A stretch of DNA of 64,000 nt from Chthonomonadaceae bacterium (lineage in GTDB: Bacteria; Armatimonadota; Chthonomonadetes; Chthonomonadales; Chthonomonadaceae). Below are positions 28,416 to 38,378 of this stretch, in pieces. Position numbers and translations under genes: made by a program. The notes below the pieces were generated by a model. It searched no databases. It was not told the origin of the DNA and saw nothing but the letters and a program-made list of their open reading frames with translations. Location: NCBI GenBank assembly GCA_027459665.1, contig DAIDHN010000001.1:72356-136355 (forward strand), given 5' to 3'. The first letter of the stretch is position 1; each line of letters opens with the position of its first letter.

Positions 28416-28850
28416 CTAGTCGCCGTTTGCCTGCAGCATGCCTGCCGCCTGCATAGTCAGACTGTCTGCCATAGGCATGCCCTGCCACAGACTATTGCCC
28501 CAAATCAGATTGCCGTCTGGCAGATCGGTAATAAGCGCATTGCCCCAGATAAGGTTGTTGCCCCAAATCAGGTTGCCATCCGGCAGTGCACTGGTGAGGC
28601 CGTTGCCCCAGATAAGATTGCCGTCTGGCGTGCTGCCGTTCAGCAGACCGTTGCCCCAAATCAGGTTGCCGTCTGGCAGCTGGCTCGCATTGCCCCAGAT
28701 AAGGTTGTTGCCCCAAATCAGGTTATTTCCCCAAATCAGGTTGTTGCCCCAGATAATGTTGCCGTCCGGCTGGGTAAGCATATTGCCCCAGATAAGGTTG
28801 TTGCCCCACACTACATTTTGAAACGAGAGGGAGCCGTTTGCATTAAGAGT
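28416..28850 (-). repeat. Coding tandem repeat array (about 21-bp units, degenerate at DNA level) encoding the NLIWGNN heptads
   Basis: Visible periodicity aacctgatttggggcaa(t/c) with synonymous variation; opposite-strand frames read PQIRLLPQIRL. Confidence 0.8.
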
Positions 28851-30308
28851 CACCGAGGGGCTGGAAGCAGTTGTGCCAGCAGGCACCACATAGGGGCAGT
28901 TCATTGCTGCAGGAATGTTGAGGTACCCCAGCCCGTAGGTAAACGGGTCGCCGTTTCCCCAGGGGTCTGCCGAAAGCATCAGGCGCGCCTTTACGGTATC
29001 TGGCGAGAGTGAAGGGTACTTGGAGAGCATAAGCGCGGCTGCGCCTGCCACTACCGGTGTTGCCATTGAGGTGCCTGAGAGTCGGAAATACATTCCTGCC
29101 GGCCCTCCGCCTCTGTAATCGGCAGGGTTCACCCGGTTGGCAGGATAGTTTTTGTACAGGGTGCTTCCAAATGCAGTAAGGCTGTCTATCTGGTTGCCAG
29201 GGGCCACCAGGTCTGGCTTCACCACATAATCTATGGCGCTTGGCCCGCGGCTGCTGTAGGTGCAGATAGTAGAGTGCGAGCGCACCGAGCTGCCGTTGCC
29301 GTTCATGGCTCCCACGGTGATTACATCCGGGTCGTTTGCCGGCGAATTAATGGTGCCGTACACTGTTGGGCTGTTAGGGTCGGAGGGGATGCTGCGTCCT
29401 TCATTGCCGGCCGCAACCACCACAACAATTCCATCTTTCCAGGCTTTTTCGCACTCCTGGCAAAGCGGGTCGGTGGTATAGCTTTGCGTAACGTTGGTGC
29501 CCAGGCTCAAATTGAGTACGCGAATATGGTACTGCTGCTCATGGTAGATGCACCACTGTATTCCCTCTATTACGCCGCTCACTGTGCCCGAGCCGTTTTT
29601 ATCCAGCACTTTTACCCCCACCAGCGTAACAGCCGGTGCGGTTTTATTGAGCGGGGCGCTGTATCGAAACAGCTTGGACATAAGCCCTGTACCTGCAACT
29701 ATGCCCGCTACATGTGTGCCATGCCCGTAGTCATCGTAGGGAGCGGGGCGTCCGTTTACAAAATCTTTCCAGCCAACAATGCGCCAGGGAAGCAGGTCAG
29801 GCTGCGGGGCAATACCAGAATCTACAATAGCAACCGTTACGCCCTGGCCGGTAGTGCCATACTGCTGCTGCTGGGTGGCGCCTACTATCTCTGAAGTATA
29901 GTCTGCACATGCCTGTACTGTACGATCGAGAGAAATATGCAGTATGTGCGGGTTACGCAGAAGCGCTGCGATTTGCAGGGGGGTTAGCCGGGCTGTAAAC
30001 AGCGACTTGCCCGCAAGGGGCTTGATTGCAAATGAGACCTGGCCCGCCGCCTGAAACAGAGGTGAATGCACTCCATGTTCCATAGGTAAACGCCGGTCTG
30101 TTTGAATTATCACGGGCAGCGCAGACTGATGCACGCTCCCAGCCATTTTTTGTGCAAGGGCGGCATCTGTTTTGCTGTACACCGGGGCTGCAAATGCTGG
30201 AAATGAAGACGTACATGCCATCAGCGCGCCAAGCAGCGCTGTGCTAAAGGATACACAGTGTGCGTGCTTCGGGGAAAGCAGCGCAAAATTAAATTGTTTG
30301 GGAGACAC
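28416..30308 (-). CDS. Secreted subtilisin-like serine protease (peptidase S8) with C-terminal tandem NLIWGNN heptad array
   Basis: Catalytic triad motifs AIVDSGI (Asp), HGTHVAGIVAG (His), GTSMATPVVAGAAAL (Ser); signal peptide; about 13 C-terminal repeats of (LPDG)NLIWGN. Confidence 0.85.
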   Translation of the reverse strand: MSPKQFNFALLSPKHAHCVSFSTALLGALMACTSSFPAFAAPVYSKTDAALAQKMAGSVHQSALPVIIQTDRRLPMEHGVHSPLFQAAGQVSFAIKPLAGKSLFTARLTPLQIAALLRNPHILHISLDRTVQACADYTSEIVGATQQQQYGTTGQGVTVAIVDSGIAPQPDLLPWRIVGWKDFVNGRPAPYDDYGHGTHVAGIVAGTGLMSKLFRYSAPLNKTAPAVTLVGVKVLDKNGSGTVSGVIEGIQWCIYHEQQYHIRVLNLSLGTNVTQSYTTDPLCQECEKAWKDGIVVVVAAGNEGRSIPSDPNSPTVYGTINSPANDPDVITVGAMNGNGSSVRSHSTICTYSSRGPSAIDYVVKPDLVAPGNQIDSLTAFGSTLYKNYPANRVNPADYRGGGPAGMYFRLSGTSMATPVVAGAAALMLSKYPSLSPDTVKARLMLSADPWGNGDPFTYGLGYLNIPAAMNCPYVVPAGTTASSPSVTLNANGSLSFQNVVWGNNLIWGNMLTQPDGNIIWGNNLIWGNNLIWGNNLIWGNASQLPDGNLIWGNGLLNGSTPDGNLIWGNGLTSALPDGNLIWGNNLIWGNALITDLPDGNLIWGNSLWQGMPMADSLTMQAAGMLQANGD

Positions 30309-30719
30309 TACTACCTCCTTCGCTATTTTGCGAGGTACTACGGAAGAGTGACAAAACCCCGTATAAAGAACCGGGTTTATATTTATTGATACAGAGCGTT
30401 TAATGGGGGAGAGCTGAAAGTATGAACGCCCTGTATTATTATTGGTATGACCACCCTGCTTTTACAGCAGTATTTTGAGTGCTGATTCATACCCTGCTGG
30501 CAATATTACCAGTTAAACTGCAAAATTCCTTCTTTCTGAAAGATAGCAACATAACTTTCGCACAAATCACTGTTGTAAATGTATATACAGCATTTCACTA
30601 AACACTTGTGTTTTATCGCAATAAGCTAAACAGAGAGTACAAGCAGGAGTTTGGGCATGTATGGGCAATATAAGCTTATAAATTTGTGAACCCAATGCTT
30701 TATCGCATACGTTAGAAAA

Positions 30720-31292
30720 ATGGAGGAGAGTATGAACGCATACACGGTGATAGCTCTGTTCGGCTTTGCCGGCCTGCTGTTTATGGCGCTGCCGGGGGTG
30801 CTGCGTCACGGCCATGGCACTGCTATGCACCGCTCTGCCCACCACATTTCCACCAGCACATCAGCCCGCGTACTGGGTCAGCTGGTCTACCTTGCAGAAC
30901 CGCGGGTGCTCTTCAGCATACTCGCCCTCTTCGGGTCGTTTGCACGCGCAATGCAGATGGCAGGGCTGAATAGTGCAGCAGCGGCAGGCATAGGGCTGGC
31001 CGGCGCTTTGCTGGCAGAAAGAATGGTTGTAAACCGTATCTGGAATCTGCTGATGGGGTTTGCCGGAAAACCTGCTACTCCGCTGGTGCAGCTTACCTTC
31101 ACAGAAGCAACAGCGGTTACCCCGTTTCACAACGGCAAGGGGGTGGTGCAGGTGATTAGAGATGGCAGAGCGGTTCAGATGGCAGCACACCTCACCCCAG
31201 AACAGAGCGCTCTGCCTGTGCAGGTGGGAGACCGCCTGCAGGTTGCTGAAGTAGATGCCGCTCATGAAAGACTTACTGTACTGCTGCACTAG
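30720..31292 (+). CDS. NfeD-like membrane protein (short form, C-terminal OB-fold)
   Basis: N-terminal TM segments plus C-terminal beta-rich domain (GKGVVQVIRDGRAVQMAAH...GDRLQVAEVD) and conserved pairing with the downstream flotillin gene. Confidence 0.65.
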   Translation: MEESMNAYTVIALFGFAGLLFMALPGVLRHGHGTAMHRSAHHISTSTSARVLGQLVYLAEPRVLFSILALFGSFARAMQMAGLNSAAAAGIGLAGALLAERMVVNRIWNLLMGFAGKPATPLVQLTFTEATAVTPFHNGKGVVQVIRDGRAVQMAAHLTPEQSALPVQVGDRLQVAEVDAAHERLTVLLH

Positions 31293-31334
31293 AATACAGC
31301 ACAAAAACTTACTGCCTAAAGAGGAGATTGAAAA

Positions 31335-32666
31335 ATGCTGACGGCTGTTTTAATTGGACTGGGGGCGCTGCTGGGCGCTATCATTCTTGTTTCTATTGTG
31401 GTTACCACCTTTCTGCGCAGCGTAGACGCAGGAGAGATTCTGCTGGTGAACTGGTGGAAGGCAGGCGGTCTGCGTATTTTTCGCGGACCCACCAAGGCGT
31501 TTGTTGTGCCGCTCTTTACACAGTCCAGGTCTATTCCGGCACAGGCAATCAATGTGGATATTGAAATTACCGACCAGACAGCCGACATCGATCAGGATGC
31601 CCGCCCTGCTCCTGTAAAGGTAACGGTGCGTGCCTCCGCCATTGTGAGCGTAGGAGAAGATGATTCTATGGTGAATACTGCCGCCAACAAATTCTTCTCA
31701 AAACCGAGCATGGAACAGCTTTCCACCCTCACCGATGTGCTTTCCTCGGCTGGCAGGCGCGCCATCAACCTGCTCAAGCACGACCAGTTATTCAACTCCC
31801 GCACCTCATCGGCTCCCAGCCAGGCGCTCGTACAGTCTTCTGGCACGGGCGTTGCTCTGGTACAGCGGGGAGATGATGACGAATTGGCAGTAATTATCAA
31901 GGAAGCCTGTTCGCGTGAACTGATGGACCTTGGCCTCACCTTCAACAGCCTCAACATCAAGGCGGTATTGAGCGAGGTTGCCGAGGCCCGCAGACGAGAA
32001 AGCGCAGCACGCGCGCGCGCAAGCGCAGATGTGGTGCAGGCTCAGGAAGAACGCCGTGCGCGTGTGGCGCAGCTGGAAGCCCAGCAGCAGGTGAATGACC
32101 AGGAGCGCGCCCTCAACATGCAGATTGCCTCAAACGGAGCGGCAGTGGCCCGCGCCGAGGCGGAAAAACAGGTGGCAGTGCGCCAGCAGCGCGAGGCAGA
32201 ACTTACTGCCTCGCAGATCACCCAGGCGCGCGCAGATGCCGAGCAAAACGTGATTCAGCAGGAGGCAGAAGGAAAGGCACAGGCTGCCCGCATACGCGCC
32301 GTGGCAGAAGCGGAAGCAGAAGCGATTCGCATGAAAGCTCAGGCGCTTCTGGAAGCGGGCGGGGCGTATCTCGATCTGCGCAAACTGGAACTAGCCCCTC
32401 AGCTTACACACGAGGTCGCAGGCGCACTTGCCAACGGCCAGTTTGTAAACTTTGGCACATCGGGTGAGGGAGGGCACAGTGCAATTTCTTCGGGGTCAGA
32501 CGATGTTCTGCGCGTAGTGCAAACCCTTATGGCTGCCCAGGTAGTTACTGGCGGCGCCATAGGCGCGAAAAAAGAAAACGGCGCCTCAGAGCAGGCAAAG
32601 CCTATGCAGCAGCCGGTGCTGCCAGCCGGCATTGCACCGCCCAAAACACCGCCAAATACCCGCTGA
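31335..32666 (+). CDS. Flotillin-like SPFH/band-7 domain protein (FloT/YqiK type)
   Basis: N-terminal TM anchor, SPFH region, then long Ala/Glu/Gln-rich coiled coil (AEAEAEAIRMKAQALLEAGGAYLDL) characteristic of flotillins. Confidence 0.8.
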   Translation: MLTAVLIGLGALLGAIILVSIVVTTFLRSVDAGEILLVNWWKAGGLRIFRGPTKAFVVPLFTQSRSIPAQAINVDIEITDQTADIDQDARPAPVKVTVRASAIVSVGEDDSMVNTAANKFFSKPSMEQLSTLTDVLSSAGRRAINLLKHDQLFNSRTSSAPSQALVQSSGTGVALVQRGDDDELAVIIKEACSRELMDLGLTFNSLNIKAVLSEVAEARRRESAARARASADVVQAQEERRARVAQLEAQQQVNDQERALNMQIASNGAAVARAEAEKQVAVRQQREAELTASQITQARADAEQNVIQQEAEGKAQAARIRAVAEAEAEAIRMKAQALLEAGGAYLDLRKLELAPQLTHEVAGALANGQFVNFGTSGEGGHSAISSGSDDVLRVVQTLMAAQVVTGGAIGAKKENGASEQAKPMQQPVLPAGIAPPKTPPNTR

Positions 32667-32745
32667 TGTTTGCAGGAACTGTTTTGCCTGCCTGATGCGT
32701 TATAGGGCTGTTAGGTGATCTACTACCTTGTCTGGAGAAAATTGC

Positions 32746-34167
32746 ATGACTGCCGAAAGCATTGGGCTGGTATGGTTTCGAGGAGGACTGCGACTGCAGG
32801 ACAACAGCTGCTTTCATACCGCGCTAAAAGAAAACAGGCAGGTTTTCTGCTGCTTTATACTGGATGACCATTATATGCGCGGCCCGGACATTGGCGCAGC
32901 AAGAGCCTGCTTTCTGCTTGAAACCCTTGCCCTGCTTGATCAAAGTCTGCAAAAACTAGGCGCACAGCTTATTGTGCGCCGTACGGCCGACGCTGTTCAT
33001 GAAATAGCGGCGCTGGCGCATGAGGTTGGGGCAGCACGCGTTTACGCAAACCAAGACTACCTGCCCTACCCTCTGCGCCGCGATGCACAGGTGCAGGAAC
33101 TGCTGCGCAGCGATGGCAGGCAGCTGTGCCTGCACGAAGACCTGCTGCTGGTACCGCCCCGGCTGGTGCTCACTGCGCAGGAGACCCCCTACACGGTATT
33201 CACGCCGTTCAAGCGCAAATGGGAAACTCTGCTGCAAACCCCCTCCAGATACCAGAGCGAGCCTCTGCTGCACAAACTGAAAACAGATAAGCGTTTCCCC
33301 TCTTCCTCTGTACCTGAGCTATCCGAATATGGCATGAGCCTGAAGCAGAATATTGAGCCGGGCGGAGAAGAGAGGGCGCTGCAGCAGCTTGAACGCTTTG
33401 TGAGCAGCGGCCTGCCCGAATACCATCTAAATCGCGACCAGTGCGCCTTGCTGCACTCTACCTCTCGCCTTTCTATGCATCTGAAATGGGGCACGCTTTC
33501 CATTAGAGACTGCTACCGTGCGGCACGGAGGCAGGGAGGGCCGGGCGCGGATAAATGGATTGATGAACTAGCCTGGCGCGAGTTTTTTTACTCAGTAACC
33601 TACCACTTTCCCCATACGCTGCAAGGACCCATGCTGCCCGAATACAAAGACTTTCCGTGGAGCGATAATCAGGAACACCTGCAAGCCTGGAAAACGGGAA
33701 ATACAGGCATTCCATTTGTAGATGCCGGCATGCGCCAGCTCAACCAGACAGGCTGGATGCACAACCGCCTGCGCCAGGTGACTGCCTCCTATTTGTGCAA
33801 AGACCTGCTGATTCACTGGCAGGAAGGTGAACGCTACTTTATGCAGATGCTGGTAGACGGCGACTGGCCCTCAAACAACGGCGGCTGGCAGTGGGTTTCA
33901 GGCAGCGGAGTAGACCCCCGCCGCGCTACGCGAATATTCAACCCCATTCTGCAGCAGGAACGCTATGACCCAGATTTCGCCTACGTGCGGCAGTGGGTGG
34001 AAGAATTCGGCACTGCCCGCTACCCCCTGCACCCCCTGGTCACTCACGAAGAAGGCCGCCGATGCTACCTGGATGCGTTTCAGCGCTCAGCGGCAGGCAG
34101 GCAGGCGCTGCGCGAACAACACCGGGAAACTGCTGCACAAAGCAGGCAGAATCGGCTGTTCGAGTAG
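32746..34167 (+). CDS. phr: Deoxyribodipyrimidine photolyase / cryptochrome family FAD protein
   Basis: FTPFKRKWE, LAWREFFY and TGIPFVDAGMRQLNQTGWMHNRLRQVTASYL...GGWQWVSG FAD-binding motifs; GGAGAAAA RBS before ATG 32746. Confidence 0.85.
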   Translation: MTAESIGLVWFRGGLRLQDNSCFHTALKENRQVFCCFILDDHYMRGPDIGAARACFLLETLALLDQSLQKLGAQLIVRRTADAVHEIAALAHEVGAARVYANQDYLPYPLRRDAQVQELLRSDGRQLCLHEDLLLVPPRLVLTAQETPYTVFTPFKRKWETLLQTPSRYQSEPLLHKLKTDKRFPSSSVPELSEYGMSLKQNIEPGGEERALQQLERFVSSGLPEYHLNRDQCALLHSTSRLSMHLKWGTLSIRDCYRAARRQGGPGADKWIDELAWREFFYSVTYHFPHTLQGPMLPEYKDFPWSDNQEHLQAWKTGNTGIPFVDAGMRQLNQTGWMHNRLRQVTASYLCKDLLIHWQEGERYFMQMLVDGDWPSNNGGWQWVSGSGVDPRRATRIFNPILQQERYDPDFAYVRQWVEEFGTARYPLHPLVTHEEGRRCYLDAFQRSAAGRQALREQHRETAAQSRQNRLFE

Positions 34168-34184
34168 CGCCTTTTTGTATCAGG

Positions 34185-36662
34185 CTATTTTGCACTGCTG
34201 TAGGCAAACTCTCCCTGCCCTATCGACCAGTTGTTGCCGAAAAAGCCTGCCATCAGCACGCCTGTTTCCCCTTCTGTAAGCACGCTGGTATTCAGCACGG
34301 TACAGTCTGGCCATGCCAGCCCCGAAACAAAAATAGGCAGGCGGCTAGTGAGGCGCATTCCTGCCAAACCGGTGCCGCCAACTACCCCCACACAGGCGGT
34401 AGCGCTGCCAGCCCTGGGGCGCAGAAACAGGCAGGCGAGATTTGTGCCGGCAAACAGATGAGCGCCAGCCTTCACCTGATTTTCGGTTACCTGCACAGGC
34501 GAGCCAGAAAGCAGCGCCGGCCAGGCGCTGTTGGTGTCTGCATTTCCATAAAGAATAACAGAGCGGTTGGGGTTTTTGCCAGCCTGAAAACTGGTATCGG
34601 GCATTACCTTTACAGACCCGTTTCCCCTGTACCAAAACGTTTCAGCATCGTAGCGGGCCTTGTGCCTCGCCCATGCGTTTTCTGCCGGTGTGCCGTGCGT
34701 GCCGTATACCAGACAGAAATCGTGGTTGAAGGCCAGTTTGAAGGGGCCGCTGCGCTGAGGGGTTTTGAAACGGGAAGAAAGCGGCGGGGTAGCCAGCCAG
34801 GTATTGCCTGTGTGCTGCAGCCACAGCCTGCCCGAAGCGGGCCAGTGGGCAACAACCGTTTTATCGTCATCCAGCTTGATTCGCACATCGGCCCCCGGCT
34901 GCAGCAGCCTGGTTAGGTTGATGCTCAAACAGGCCAGATTGTGCGTTGTTCCATGAAACAGCCGCTGGCCGGGGTCGAATACAATGTCTGCACTGCCTGG
35001 CAGCATGGCATGGTGCAGCTCTTCCAGGGTCATCCAGTAATCTCGCGCAGTCACCCCAGGGTTCACCGTGGTGAACTGCAAATGCCGCATCGAAGCCTCC
35101 GGCGCCAGTACATGATGTGCAAAAAACTGATACATGGGCCGCCAGTCTACGCAGTCTGCACCAGGTTCTTTTGAAACATCCCACCAGTGCCCGGCTCCCG
35201 GCTGAAAGTGATACTGAAAATCATGGTGAAATTTCGCCAGATACTTTACCATGAACTCGGCTTCATTGGGAGGAACGGTATGATCTGCCAGGCCCTGCAG
35301 CACATATACCCCTTCCTGCGCGTAGTTGTGCCCCATCAAAAGCGTGTTGCTGGCATTGTTTGCCCGTTCAAACATTGCCTGCACCGGGGTGGGGGCTGCG
35401 GGCGGCTTCATGCCCAGATAGTATTGAAAACTTATCCACGCAGCGCTCGGCCCAATAGCGGCAAACCTGTCTGGGTAAAGCACGCCAACCTGCCAGGTTC
35501 CATGCCCGCCCATCGAGTGGCCTGCCAGATAGGTACGCTTTACGTCTACAGGCAGGGTATGCTGCGCAATGTGCAGCACCTCCAGAGCGTCCAGCCTGCC
35601 CCAGTCTTCCCAGTCGAAGCCAAAAGGTCTGCGATTGGTGGGAGCCACAAAAGTCAGCCATGATTTCGACTCGTAGGCATCGGCCTGCCCAATCGCTTCC
35701 ACGCCTGCGCCATGCAGAGTGAGGCAAAGCGCCGGCAGCCTTTTTTGACCGGGCAGCGGGTGCGCAGGATTGATGGCATAGTACTGCACACTGCCGTCTA
35801 TGCCGCTCACAAAGGTCTTTTTACAAGTTTCATACGGGCCGCGCACCCGCAGGGAAAGCGATACAGTGCCAAGCAGGCGTCCATGCTGCAGCAGCCGCAA
35901 AGTTACCGGCAGGGAGGCATCGGCCTTTTGCGAGGGGTAGTTCACGCGAAACATCAGCTTGCGCGCCGAATAAGGCAGCATTTGCGGCAGCGGGGTGTAC
36001 ACAGACCTCGCGCCTCGGGCGGAAGCCTCTATCTCCATGCCGCTCTGCACTAAGTTGGTATCGTTGAGAACAGGCAGTGCGCCAAACACCTGCCCCCTGC
36101 CTTGTGCAGGCACGTCTGGCAGGGTGGTGTCTGCCAGGCTCAGGGTGACTGGTGAGGCAGAGGGAGTGAGTTTCACTTGCAGGCTGCGCGAGTCGCAGAG
36201 AAAAAGCAGGTCGTTTCTTCCTGCCCTGAGGTGAATGGGCAATGGCAGCGTGCCGTTTGCGTATACATCGCCGGGCTGCAGCGTGCCGTTCACATATGCC
36301 AGCAGGTCTGCACGCGCATCCATAATAACGTTTTCAGGCTGCGCCAGCATAACCACCACGTCTGCATAGCCCCCTCGCAGTACTGCAGCAGTTTGGTTGT
36401 CTCCCACCGCAGCAGCCTTCCATGCCGCCGTTTTGCCATCTGGCAGCTGCACAGTGTCTCCTGCTGCAGGGGGCTTCCATTTACCCTGCACAATGCTTGC
36501 CTCTACAGGGTCGGAAGCAATGGGCACCCTGCCAGAGCGCCCCACCGCGGGAAGAACAAGCACCTGCTGCAGAGGCAGAGGCACAGCAGCGGAGTCAGCG
36601 CCTGCTGCCAGGGCAGGCACTGCACAGAGGGTAAGGAGGGCACAGGAGAGAGCTGTTTTCAC
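34185..36662 (-). CDS. Secreted multidomain alpha/beta-hydrolase (esterase/peptidase S9-like) protein
   Basis: Signal peptide MKTALSCALLTLCAVPALAA; nucleophile elbow YLAGHSMGGHGTW (GxSxG) with downstream Asp/His candidates; large N- and C-terminal accessory domains. Confidence 0.6.
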   Translation of the reverse strand: MKTALSCALLTLCAVPALAAGADSAAVPLPLQQVLVLPAVGRSGRVPIASDPVEASIVQGKWKPPAAGDTVQLPDGKTAAWKAAAVGDNQTAAVLRGGYADVVVMLAQPENVIMDARADLLAYVNGTLQPGDVYANGTLPLPIHLRAGRNDLLFLCDSRSLQVKLTPSASPVTLSLADTTLPDVPAQGRGQVFGALPVLNDTNLVQSGMEIEASARGARSVYTPLPQMLPYSARKLMFRVNYPSQKADASLPVTLRLLQHGRLLGTVSLSLRVRGPYETCKKTFVSGIDGSVQYYAINPAHPLPGQKRLPALCLTLHGAGVEAIGQADAYESKSWLTFVAPTNRRPFGFDWEDWGRLDALEVLHIAQHTLPVDVKRTYLAGHSMGGHGTWQVGVLYPDRFAAIGPSAAWISFQYYLGMKPPAAPTPVQAMFERANNASNTLLMGHNYAQEGVYVLQGLADHTVPPNEAEFMVKYLAKFHHDFQYHFQPGAGHWWDVSKEPGADCVDWRPMYQFFAHHVLAPEASMRHLQFTTVNPGVTARDYWMTLEELHHAMLPGSADIVFDPGQRLFHGTTHNLACLSINLTRLLQPGADVRIKLDDDKTVVAHWPASGRLWLQHTGNTWLATPPLSSRFKTPQRSGPFKLAFNHDFCLVYGTHGTPAENAWARHKARYDAETFWYRGNGSVKVMPDTSFQAGKNPNRSVILYGNADTNSAWPALLSGSPVQVTENQVKAGAHLFAGTNLACLFLRPRAGSATACVGVVGGTGLAGMRLTSRLPIFVSGLAWPDCTVLNTSVLTEGETGVLMAGFFGNNWSIGQGEFAYSSAK

Positions 36663-36783
36663 AAAAAATCCTCCAGATTATTGTTGTGTAAATTGTACCC
36701 TGTGAATCGGTCGCTGCCGCTCTCAGCTTCTGCGTTTACAGGCAGGTGTGAGTATAAGGCCCTCACCTCTGCCTTGCCGCTTC

Positions 36784-38055
36784 TCAGTGGGGCAGCGCAT
36801 CAAGGTCTACCTCAGGTGCAGCCCCGGAAGGCTTGCGCTGCAGCTCCTGCATATAGGTGCATGTTTCCGGCACAAACCCTCCGTTTACAAGGTAAAAGCG
36901 GTCACCGACAACGCCGCATCCCCTGTCCAGCCGGTCTTTGCGACCGTTGTCGGTGAAGGTGAAATGGGCGGTAGTCAGTTCCTGCCAAGATGAACCCTGG
37001 TCCATAATCCACTGCGGGCCAAATTCGGCAAGGCGGGTTTCGTATCCGTTTACCCCGGCAAAGTCTTCGTTGAATGAGTAAAGCCCGTTCAGCCAGCCGC
37101 CATCGTGAGGGGCGCGAAAGCTGGCAATGAGACCCCATGCTTTTTTTTCTGGAAAGTAGAAATATCCGCTGTAAACGGTGGCCGTTCCTTCTGGTTTGGC
37201 AGTTACCAGAAACCGGTATGTTTCGTTTTTGTGCCAGTGGTATACCAGGTGGCTGTGCAGACCGGTGCCTTCATTGCCAAACCCGCCTACATATACCCCT
37301 TTGCCATGTGCAACCAGAGTAACCTGGTTGTTTACATCTACCTTGTCTCTCTGCATATGCTCCTGACCGCTGTCCCACACAGAGAAAATAATTCTTCGCT
37401 CGGTGGGGCTGTTTACCTGAATGCCAAAGTACCCCCGCGAGAAACCACAAGCCATGTAGTATGACCAGAGCGGAGTGCGCCGTACAGTAACTTCATTGTA
37501 AAAAGCAGCTATTCTGCTGTGCGGCGGATAGCTGTACCAAAGGTGTACTGATGGACAAGCGCCGTTGGGGCTTTTGTGAAAATGGGCCTCGCGCACCGCC
37601 GACCCAGACAGCAGCAGAGCCGCAGGGCTGCCGTAGGTAGCCCCGGAACGGGCAAGCCCCGACAATTCAAACCGAACTGTGCCCGGTCTGTGTATGCGAA
37701 AAGCGCCAAAGTTTGCTGTCGCCATTTTTCGACTGCCTTCGACAGACACTGCTTTCTTGCGGCCGGCGCATTGCATTTGCAGGCGAACCTTCTGGCCGGG
37801 GGGCAGCTGCAGAGACACACCGATGCGAAGCAGACCCGGCTGGCGCAGAACCCCGTACCACACAACGCTTTCCCTGCGGCTGCTCCAGCCTGTCACCACG
37901 CTCTGGCTGATCTGTATCCCGTTGGGGTCTGGCTGCCCATAGGCTGTATAGGCTGGCACAGAAAGAAATGCAGATGCCCGCACCGGTCTGGCAGCAATAC
38001 AGATGGAAAGCAGTGGAAAAAGAATTAGAAAGGGAAGTTTTACTGGGTCTGGCAT
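36784..38055 (-). CDS. Hypothetical secreted protein (possibly DUF3472/DUF5077-like glycan-associated)
   Basis: Start taken at internal ATG giving signal peptide MPDPVKLPFLILFPLLSICIAA; no catalytic motif recognised. Confidence 0.45.
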   Translation of the reverse strand: MPDPVKLPFLILFPLLSICIAARPVRASAFLSVPAYTAYGQPDPNGIQISQSVVTGWSSRRESVVWYGVLRQPGLLRIGVSLQLPPGQKVRLQMQCAGRKKAVSVEGSRKMATANFGAFRIHRPGTVRFELSGLARSGATYGSPAALLLSGSAVREAHFHKSPNGACPSVHLWYSYPPHSRIAAFYNEVTVRRTPLWSYYMACGFSRGYFGIQVNSPTERRIIFSVWDSGQEHMQRDKVDVNNQVTLVAHGKGVYVGGFGNEGTGLHSHLVYHWHKNETYRFLVTAKPEGTATVYSGYFYFPEKKAWGLIASFRAPHDGGWLNGLYSFNEDFAGVNGYETRLAEFGPQWIMDQGSSWQELTTAHFTFTDNGRKDRLDRGCGVVGDRFYLVNGGFVPETCTYMQELQRKPSGAAPEVDLDALPH

Positions 38056-38378
38056 CAAAAAGCTCCTTTGCAAAAAGTACAGTTTGTCAACTGCATCAGG
38101 GGCGCGGGTGTGACGGAATGGTAAGCCGGGGCACTCCCGCAGGCAAACTGGCAGAGGGATGAGTGACAATACCGCCCTGCTGAGGCGGAATTCTGCTTTG
38201 CATCTCTCTGGATATGCTAGGTGGAATGGCTGCCGAGGGCTTTTTTGCACAGCCGCTTAGAAAAAGCAGACTTGTTGGCAGCATGAGGCACAAACATCTG
38301 CAGACACTTTTTTGCATGTTTGCATTCTCCATAAATCTGAAAACGGGGCAGGCGTCAGCTGCCCCGTCCCGCACTGCA

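Noticed and set aside
28416-28850. Possible CRISPR array suggested by regular short repeats
   Set aside because: Repeats are in-frame coding heptads of the subtilase, degenerate by synonymous changes, no unique spacers and no cas genes
28317-29012. 231-codon ORF with QIAVWQ/APDKVV repeats
   Set aside because: Mirror image of the protease NLIWGNN coding repeats on the opposite strand
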